Source: a virus. From it: a stretch of 5,720 nucleotides of DNA. Location: the IMG/VR virus record IMGVR_UViG_3300031933_000269, positions 1 through 5,720 of that record; one strand, 5' to 3'. Below the pieces are notes generated by a model, which worked only from the letters and a program-made list of their open reading frames with translations, ran no database searches and was not told where the DNA came from. The position numbers and the translations under genes were made by a program. This document shows, piece by piece, positions 1 through 4,240 of this stretch (the stretch's first letter is position 1; each line of letters starts with the position of its first letter).

Positions 1-55
1 TGGCTTCTTGATCTCCTGATTGGTCTTCTTGAGGATATGCCTGTTCCTGCCTTTT
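1..55. repeat. Terminal direct repeat, copy 1 (circular-closure overlap)
   Basis: tggcttcttgatctcctgattggtcttcttgaggatatgcctgttcctgcctttt is identical, base by base, to 5666-5720. Confidence 0.95.
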
Positions 56-201
56 TTACTCAGGCAAAAAGTGCTTTTTCGTCTGTTCCGCCTGACGTGG
101 TTTATTTTATTTCGCCATTCGAAGTTACGTACGGTATTTCGGTCCTGCTTTCCGCGTATGTTATTCGTTTCATTATTCGTAGAATTCCTATTATTGGGTG
201 A
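1..201 (+). CDS. pVI/Ace-like minor coat protein, 3' part of a junction-spanning gene (88 aa when circularised)
   Basis: Frame 1 is open from base 1 to TGA 199-201 and continues the ORF that starts at ATG 5600: ...WLLDLLIGLLEDMPVPAFFTQAKSAFSSVPPDVVYFISPFEVTYGISVLLSAYVIRFIIRRIPIIG*. The protein is small and hydrophobic and sits directly upstream of the Zot/pI gene, as pVI does in Ff and Ace in CTXphi. Its stop lies 3 nt before the pI ATG, suggesting translational coupling. Confidence 0.7.
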   Translation, partial: WLLDLLIGLLEDMPVPAFFTQAKSAFSSVPPDVVYFISPFEVTYGISVLLSAYVIRFIIRRIPIIG

Positions 202-204
202 TTT

Positions 205-1341
205 ATGTCTATCGTTGCTTATACTGGCCTGCCGGGTTCCGGTAAATCATATGGCGTTGTAGAAAATGTTATATTGCCCTGCTTGAAAGAGGGGAGGCCG
301 ATTGTAACTAACCTGCCTCTTAAGCTCGGCGAATTGCAGGAATGGTGCAGGGTGAATAACTCGCCTCAACCCAGAATTGATATAGTCGATCTTGAAAATG
401 TTGCTCAATCAGAAGATGAAGGTTTCCTTTCGATGAGGTACGGCGCTGTTCATGTGTTTGATGAGGTGTGGCGCGTTTGGCCGTCTGGTCAAAAGGTAAC
501 TCAAGCTCCTCCAGGGCATCGGGAATATTTTGCAGAGCATAGGCATCAGGTTGATGCCTCTGGCCGTTCGACTGAGATCGTTCTTATAACTCAGGACTTG
601 GCGCAGTTGGCAAGTTGGGTGCGTCAACTGATTGATGAGACATTTAGAGCGCAGAAACTTAATCACGTTGGTCAAGATAAGCGCTACCGTGTTGACGTGT
701 TTCAAGGGGCTGTCACGGGTCAAAAGCCGCCAGAGTCTCGCCGTCTGCGTCAATTTTATGGCTCATACTCCCCAAAAGTATATTCCCTGTATCAGTCTGC
801 AACAAAGGCCCAGAAAAGCGGAATGCACGGGGCAGGTAAGGAACAAAAGGCGGATAAGCGCGCGAATATACTTCGGTCCCCAAAAATTCTGTTCTCTCTC
901 ATCGGTGCGCCTGTTCTCGGTGTTTCGGCCTTGGTTGCTGTTTTTAGTATGCTGCAAAGTGGTTTTGTTACTGGTGGTGAGCCTCCATTAAAGGCTGAGA
1001 CAAAGTCTTCTGTCTCTGCTTCTGTTGCTGCTCCTGCTGTTCATGTTGTGGATCATCCTGAGCCTGCCTCTGTTGCTCCTGAGCCTGTCTATTCTGATCC
1101 TGATGATGCTCTTCCCTCTGTTTCGCGTGATTGGAAGCTTGTGGGTTCCGTTCGCATTCCTGACGGCTTTTTCTATGTCGTCAATAACAATGTTGGTTAC
1201 CGTTATGTTGATCCTTCCGCCTGTCACGAGTATCCCGGCGGTTTTCAAATGTGGTGCCACGTTGATGGTAAACGTGTTGACCAAACAACGGGTTATCAAA
1301 CTGCTACCATGGTTCGGACTCCTGCAAAAAATGCAATGTGA
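205..1341 (+). CDS. Zot/pI-like phage assembly P-loop NTPase (378 aa)
   Basis: N-terminal Walker A GLPGSGKS (nt 226-249). Walker B-like HVFDEVW. A basic amphipathic stretch then a TM segment ILFSLIGAPVLGVSALVAVFSML at about aa 228-250. A periplasmic C-terminal domain of about 125 aa with a Pro/Ser/Ala/Val-rich linker. This is the typical Zot (pI) architecture and position. Confidence 0.9.
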   Translation: MSIVAYTGLPGSGKSYGVVENVILPCLKEGRPIVTNLPLKLGELQEWCRVNNSPQPRIDIVDLENVAQSEDEGFLSMRYGAVHVFDEVWRVWPSGQKVTQAPPGHREYFAEHRHQVDASGRSTEIVLITQDLAQLASWVRQLIDETFRAQKLNHVGQDKRYRVDVFQGAVTGQKPPESRRLRQFYGSYSPKVYSLYQSATKAQKSGMHGAGKEQKADKRANILRSPKILFSLIGAPVLGVSALVAVFSMLQSGFVTGGEPPLKAETKSSVSASVAAPAVHVVDHPEPASVAPEPVYSDPDDALPSVSRDWKLVGSVRIPDGFFYVVNNNVGYRYVDPSACHEYPGGFQMWCHVDGKRVDQTTGYQTATMVRTPAKNAM

Positions 1342-1389
1342 ACCCGCATCCGTGAGCGTAGCGACTCGGGGCGGGTCATATTGCATTTT
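1328..1389 (+). repeat. Long imperfect inverted repeat (hairpin) straddling the pI stop codon
   Basis: The left arm aaaatgcaatgtgaacccgc (1328-1347) pairs with the right arm gcgggtcatattgcatttt (1371-1389). That gives about 19 bp with one bulged A (1341) and one G-T pair. The 23-nt loop can form a further GAG/CTC plus CG/CG stem. Confidence 0.8.
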
Positions 1390-1450
1390 GTGACGGGTCT
1401 ACATGGCTGCATTAGATTTTTCTGATTTTCGTTTCCAGCTATGCCATTGC

Positions 1451-1479
1451 TTGACATGTCATTATGCCGGTGCCATAAT
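1451..1479 (+). promoter_or_regulatory. Near-consensus sigma70 promoter for the 162-aa regulator gene, with an embedded inverted repeat
   Basis: -35 TTGACA (1451-1456), exact 17-nt spacer, -10 CATAAT (1474-1479). SD AAGGTGA (1501-1507) lies 6 nt before ATG 1514. A 7-bp perfect inverted repeat, CATTATG (1460-1466) N7 CATAATG (1474-1480), overlaps the spacer and -10. Confidence 0.65.
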
Positions 1480-1513
1480 GTGTCATACCAACTGAGAGAA
1501 AAGGTGATGCATC

Positions 1514-2002
1514 ATGGAACCGCTGCACAATGCTCTAGAAATTCTTCATCAGATTGTTAATCACGAATATGTTTCTTCTGTGACTGATGATTATTATTTT
1601 TTTCCTGCCGGTTACTTTGCTAATCAGTACGGTATTTCTGACCGGACGTTCAAGCGCTACATTGGCGATATGAGGTTACTCGGTGCTGCGCTTTACTCTG
1701 AGCGCTCATCGTCTGGTGGGTATGTCTGGAGATGTCGTAACTGGCGATCGCTAGTTCAGTCTGCTACATACAGAAATTGGCTGCTGTGTGAGCGTGAAAA
1801 AGCGTCCGGATTTCTACTCGTTCGTCTCCATGACGATATCCCGGCTCAAAGGGTCTGTGTTATGAACTGCGGTCCTGTTGAGGGTGATACCCGTACCCGT
1901 GCTGAACGCATGGCTTCATGCTCTGACTGTGAGCCAGTTCGCGCATCTAATCGTGAGGAGTCAAAATACCATTTTGATGACGAGGGATTCAACAAGCCGT
2001 AA
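1514..2002 (+). CDS. Winged-helix (HTH_11/DeoR-type) putative transcriptional regulator with a Cys-rich C-terminal region (162 aa)
   Basis: ALEILHQIV...FANQYGISDRTFKRYIGDMRLLGAALYSERSSSGGYVWR follows the pattern of the N-terminal wHTH of YafY/BrxR/CapW-type regulators (xxxgVSxRTxxRDIxxLrxxGxPIxxxxGxxGGYxL). The C-terminal half has CVMNC (C115, C119) and CSDC (C136, C139) spaced 16 aa apart. A good SD and its own promoter are present. Confidence 0.65.
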   Translation: MEPLHNALEILHQIVNHEYVSSVTDDYYFFPAGYFANQYGISDRTFKRYIGDMRLLGAALYSERSSSGGYVWRCRNWRSLVQSATYRNWLLCEREKASGFLLVRLHDDIPAQRVCVMNCGPVEGDTRTRAERMASCSDCEPVRASNREESKYHFDDEGFNKP

Positions 2003-2020
2003 GGCGCGTTAGGCTTTGAG

Positions 2021-2046
2021 TCCCCCCGTCTAGTAATACGGGGGGA
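2021..2046 (+). repeat. GC-rich hairpin with AT-rich loop; candidate plus-strand origin or nick-site hairpin
   Basis: tCCCCCCGT (2021-2029), loop ctagtaat (2030-2037), ACGGGGGGa (2038-2046): a perfect 9-bp stem. No T-run follows on either strand, so it is not a canonical intrinsic terminator. AGTCCCC recurs at 2019-2025 and 2048-2054, which allows an alternative GGGG/CCCC pairing (2042-2045 with 2051-2054). Confidence 0.6.
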
Positions 2047-2122
2047 AAGTCCCCAGGGCACCAAACTATGACGTTGCTTGCTTTTCCGGTTTTGGGGTGT
2101 TACAAATTACGCGCAATAAAAA

Positions 2123-2158
2123 ACCCGGGATCGCTGAGGTTGCCGCCTCTACCCGGGT
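2123..2158 (+). repeat. Pair of ACCCGGG elements 28 nt apart (7-bp stem possible in ssDNA) immediately upstream of rep
   Basis: aCCCGGG occurs at 2123-2129 and 2151-2157, followed by t2158. CCCGGG is self-complementary, so the two copies can pair. The intervening 21 nt contain GAGG (2136-2139) and CCTC (2146-2149). Confidence 0.5.
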
Positions 2159-2185
2159 CTGTCTAAACAACGGGGAAATTTTATC

Positions 2186-3268
2186 ATGTCTGCCACTATC
2201 TGCGATACGCTTTCGCTGTCTTTTCCTATTGATTACCTTCGTTCCTTTTTCTGCTCGAACCCTGCGCGGTACTGGGCGTCTTTCGGTCGTCCTGATCTTC
2301 ACAATGACCAGCTCCGGGGGTCTGCATATGATCTGGTATCCGGGGATTTCGCAGACTGGGGCGGCTTGTCTGAGTCCCTGCCTGCTGACTTTTGGGCTGA
2401 GCTTTTGTCTGACTGGCTGCATGATGTGACCGGCGTTGCTTTCCGTGTTCAGGCGCTTGGCGGTGGCCGTAACAACTTTCAAAACTCTGCCCGTTTTGAT
2501 GGTGGTTTCATCGCTTGGGGCGGCAATAACGTCATCCGGCAGTCTGACGGACTCATGCATAAGACACCTGAGCGGGTGCAGGTGTACTTCGATTCTACCG
2601 GCTGTGAGCGGCTCCGCTCTGCGCTCGTACATATCGCTGATCGGCTGGATTTACACGCTGGTCGGGTCACTCGCTTGGATGTGGCGTTTGACCTTATGGA
2701 TGGTCAAATTTCGATTGATGATGGCGAAAAAGCATACCATCTGGGGAAATTTACCGGCAATGGTCGCCCACCTAAAGCCCTTAGGATCAAGGAGTTGTCT
2801 GATACCGGTTGCGGTGAAACTCTGTACATTGGCAACCGGAAAAACGGCAAAATGCTGCGTATTTATGAAAAGGGCAAACAGTTGGGTGATTCCCAGTCGA
2901 CTTGGGTTCGGGCTGAGGTTGAGATCGGTCGAAAGGACCGCGAAATACCCTCTGACGCTCTTCGTGATCTGGACAGGGTTTTCTCCGAGTCGTACCCCTA
3001 CTGCGCTCAAATCCTTTCCGAATATGGTGCTCACGTCTGCGAGCACGAGGATTCGCTTATAAAAACAGCCCGAAAAAAGGCTCAAATTAGCCTGTTACAT
3101 CTCGTTCGTCATGCCCAGGTTGCTTATGGTAAGTTGGTTGATACCATGCTCAATCTGGGTCACTCTGCATCTGAAGTCGTTGAAGCGCTGCGTGTTGAGG
3201 GTCGCCCTTCTCGGCTGTCCACCTGCGAACTTGGTCTGCGCCAAAGTCCTCAACTAGTGCCTGCTTAA
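2186..3268 (+). CDS. Rolling-circle replication initiation protein, Rep_trans family (RstA/pT181 RepC-like), 360 aa
   Basis: Motifs VTRLDVAFDL and GETLYIGNRKNGKMLRIYEKGKQLG....WVRAEVEI fit the Rep_trans (Pfam PF02486-type) signatures RxDxAxD and YxGxRxSxxxxRxYDKxxE....WxRxE. SD-like GGGGAA lies 9-10 nt before the ATG. The position upstream of the ssDNA-binding and coat module is typical of inoviruses. Confidence 0.85.
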   Translation: MSATICDTLSLSFPIDYLRSFFCSNPARYWASFGRPDLHNDQLRGSAYDLVSGDFADWGGLSESLPADFWAELLSDWLHDVTGVAFRVQALGGGRNNFQNSARFDGGFIAWGGNNVIRQSDGLMHKTPERVQVYFDSTGCERLRSALVHIADRLDLHAGRVTRLDVAFDLMDGQISIDDGEKAYHLGKFTGNGRPPKALRIKELSDTGCGETLYIGNRKNGKMLRIYEKGKQLGDSQSTWVRAEVEIGRKDREIPSDALRDLDRVFSESYPYCAQILSEYGAHVCEHEDSLIKTARKKAQISLLHLVRHAQVAYGKLVDTMLNLGHSASEVVEALRVEGRPSRLSTCELGLRQSPQLVPA

Positions 3269-3386
3269 CCACTGCTGTCACATAGTCTTGAATGCTGATA
3301 TGATTTTCTGCGCTCATGCGTTTCAGTGCTTGCTGTAACTGGGGTGCAATCCTTACAACCCCGGCAGGCGTCCTGCTCTTGCTCAT
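3150..3386 (-). CDS. Ribbon-helix-helix (Arc/MetJ/CopG-like) putative phage repressor, 78 aa
   Basis: On the minus strand, MSKSRTPAGVVRIAPQLQQALKRMSAENHISIQDYVTAVVKQALVE... has a beta-strand (VVRIAP), helix (QLQQALKRMSAE), turn (NHIS), helix (IQDYVTAVVKQAL) pattern. A strong SD, AGGAGA (complement of 3394-3399), lies 7 nt upstream of ATG 3386, so I prefer this start to the track start at 3419. It is the only minus-strand gene and is divergent from the structural operon, as rstR-type repressors are. Confidence 0.6.
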   Translation of the reverse strand: MSKSRTPAGVVRIAPQLQQALKRMSAENHISIQDYVTAVVKQALVEDFGADQVRRWTAEKGDPQHAALQRLQMQSDPD

Positions 3387-3501
3387 GGGTTGATCTCCTG
3401 TTTTTTGTAATTGTGGCACAAATAACTCTTGACGTATGCAGGTGCTCTATGTAACTTGTCATTAGTTCTTTGTAACCCGTAACCATCATGAGGTTTATAT
3501 C
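3387..3501. promoter_or_regulatory. Divergent control region between the RHH repressor gene and the structural operon
   Basis: Plus-strand candidate promoter: TTGACG (3429-3434), 17 nt, TAACTT (3452-3457). Minus-strand candidate: extended -10 TGcCACAAT (complement of about 3410-3418). Palindrome TTGTGgCACAA (3411-3421). TGTAA(T/C) repeats at 3406-3411, 3450-3455 and 3471-3476, plus GTAAC at 3479-3483. SD GAGG lies 8 nt before ATG 3502. Confidence 0.45.
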
Positions 3502-3792
3502 ATGCAAGTCCTCTTTACTGGCTCAGAATTTATCCAGGGCAAAAAGCGCGATACCGGCGCTTCATACGGCCCTTTCTACAAACTGCATTACCTTGTCCCG
3601 TTTTCCGGCTTTATGTCCGATAGTCGTCAAGTTTCCGGCAATGGCTACATCCCGAAAGAGATTTCAGTTTCTGCTGACGTTTTCGCTCAGCTTCAGGACT
3701 GCAAGCCTATGACGAAAATTGAAATTATCACAGAAACTGACCCTTCTAATCTTAATCGCTCTATCGTTGCCGGCGTGCGGGCTGCTCAGTAA
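3502..3792 (+). CDS. gpV-like ssDNA-binding protein candidate (96 aa)
   Basis: A small soluble protein with no TM segment that is the first gene of the structural operon, directly upstream of the coat module. The N-terminal pattern LFTGSEFIQGKKRDTGASYGPFYKLHYL resembles, from memory, the Pf3 SSB N-terminus (ITFTDSVRQGTSAKGNPYTFQEGFLHL). The stop overlaps the next start (TAATG). Confidence 0.55.
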   Translation: MQVLFTGSEFIQGKKRDTGASYGPFYKLHYLVPFSGFMSDSRQVSGNGYIPKEISVSADVFAQLQDCKPMTKIEIITETDPSNLNRSIVAGVRAAQ

Positions 3793-4028
3793 TGTCTTTT
3801 TTGCCTATTTGTCAGGGTGAGATTATTACGTCATCTGACGGTTTGATCTCGTGCTCTGCTCAATGGCAAATCATCCCGGTGGATCAACTGATAACAAAGT
3901 TTGATCCTCTGAGCATGGACCCGACTGTTCTAGCTGCGGCATTCGGGGCCGGTTTCATAGCAGTTGCAACGTTCCAGTGCGCCGGTCTTGCTGCCGGTGC
4001 AGTACTTAAATCAATCAAAAAACTTTGA
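3792..4028 (+). CDS. Small membrane protein, possible minor virion (pVII/pIX-role) or morphogenesis protein, 78 aa
   Basis: Start is coupled to the upstream stop (TAATG at 3790-3794). The C-terminal hydrophobic segment VLAAAFGAGFIAVATFQCAGLAAGAVL is followed by the basic tail KSIKKL. It sits immediately upstream of the major coat gene. Confidence 0.6.
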   Translation: MSFLPICQGEIITSSDGLISCSAQWQIIPVDQLITKFDPLSMDPTVLAAAFGAGFIAVATFQCAGLAAGAVLKSIKKL

Positions 4029-4037
4029 GGTGATCCC

Positions 4038-4172
4038 ATGGATTATTCAGTAATTACAGGTTCCATCGACTTTGCTACTGCCCTGACTGCTGTCGGTGCT
4101 GTCGCGGCCGCTCTGGGTGCTCTTTATATTGGCATGAAAGGTGCCAAAGCTGTTTTGAACTTCCTGAAGTAA
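4038..4172 (+). CDS. Major coat protein, leaderless Pf3-type, 44 aa (not in the supplied ORF track)
   Basis: My translation is MDYSVITGSIDFATALTAVGAVAAALGALYIGMKGAKAVLNFLK*. SD GAGGTGA (4027-4033) lies 4 nt before the ATG. The layout is acidic N-terminus (D2, D11), Ala/Gly/Val-rich hydrophobic core, basic C-terminus (K34, K37, K44). No signal peptide. Same length as the Pf3 coat (MQSVITDVTGQLTAVQADITTIGGAIIVLAAVVLGIRWIKAQFF) and shares its SVIT and LTAV strings. Confidence 0.8.
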   Translation: MDYSVITGSIDFATALTAVGAVAAALGALYIGMKGAKAVLNFLK

Positions 4173-4189
4173 CCAAGCCGTAAACCTTT

Positions 4190-4213
4190 GGGGGGGCTGC
4201 GGTCCCCTTTTTT
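4190..4213 (+). terminator. Candidate intrinsic terminator after the major coat gene
   Basis: A G-run (4190-4196) pairs with CCCC (4204-4207), giving a 4-5 bp all-GC stem, and is followed by T6 (4208-4213). The position matches the strong terminator after gene VIII in Ff phages. The stem is short, so confidence is modest. Confidence 0.45.
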
Positions 4214-4240
4214 CATTGTGGGGGTGTATGTGGGGGATTT

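Noticed and set aside
20-262. 80-aa + strand track ORF crossing the pVI/pI boundary
   Set aside because: It starts at a non-ATG codon. It lies out of frame over the end of the junction-spanning pVI-like gene and the Walker A region of pI. Its Leu/Phe-rich low-complexity sequence is what the T-rich strand gives in an alternative frame.
409-1393. Track ORFs nested in or antisense to the pI gene (409-753 -, 632-991 +, 763-957 -, 988-1386 -, 1025-1393 +)
   Set aside because: All lie wholly inside the well-supported Zot/pI CDS. None has a recognisable motif or SD. Their compositions (Arg/Asn-rich or Leu-rich) are typical of off-frame translation of a T3-biased gene.
1455-1492. dif-like XerCD attP (GCCATAATGTGT and its inverted partner CATTATGC resemble the GCGCATAATGTAT part of dif)
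   Set aside because: Only the XerC-arm and central-region part matches, at about 8-11 nt. In either orientation the 11-nt XerD arm (TTATGTTAAAT-like) is absent, with 3 of 11 matches or fewer. The two half-sites are arranged TTATG...CATAA, the opposite of dif. The element is better explained as a promoter with an operator, though a non-canonical Xer site is not excluded.
2021-2046. Intrinsic terminator for the 162-aa regulator gene
   Set aside because: The stem is strong, but no T-tract follows on the + strand (aaagtcccc) and none follows on the - strand. It is reported instead as an origin-type hairpin candidate.
2066-3085. Track ORFs overlapping rep (2066-2632 -, 2097-2429 +, 2436-3062 +, 2479-2670 -, 2651-3085 -) and 1846-2064 -
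   Set aside because: The Rep_trans motifs identify the 2186-3268 frame as the real one. The others have no start signals or domain-like patterns and overlap it entirely.
3387-3419. Longer 89-aa version of the RHH ORF starting at 3419
   Set aside because: The strong AGGAGA Shine-Dalgarno would lie inside that extension, 7 nt before the internal ATG at 3386. The extra 11 residues add nothing to the RHH fold. The 78-aa form is preferred but not proven.
3265-3712. Track ORFs 3265-3507 (-, 80 aa) and 3488-3712 (+, 74 aa)
   Set aside because: The first is out of frame with the SD-supported RHH gene and spans the regulatory spacer. The second is an alternative frame of the gpV-like gene and has no SD. 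Neither shows a motif.
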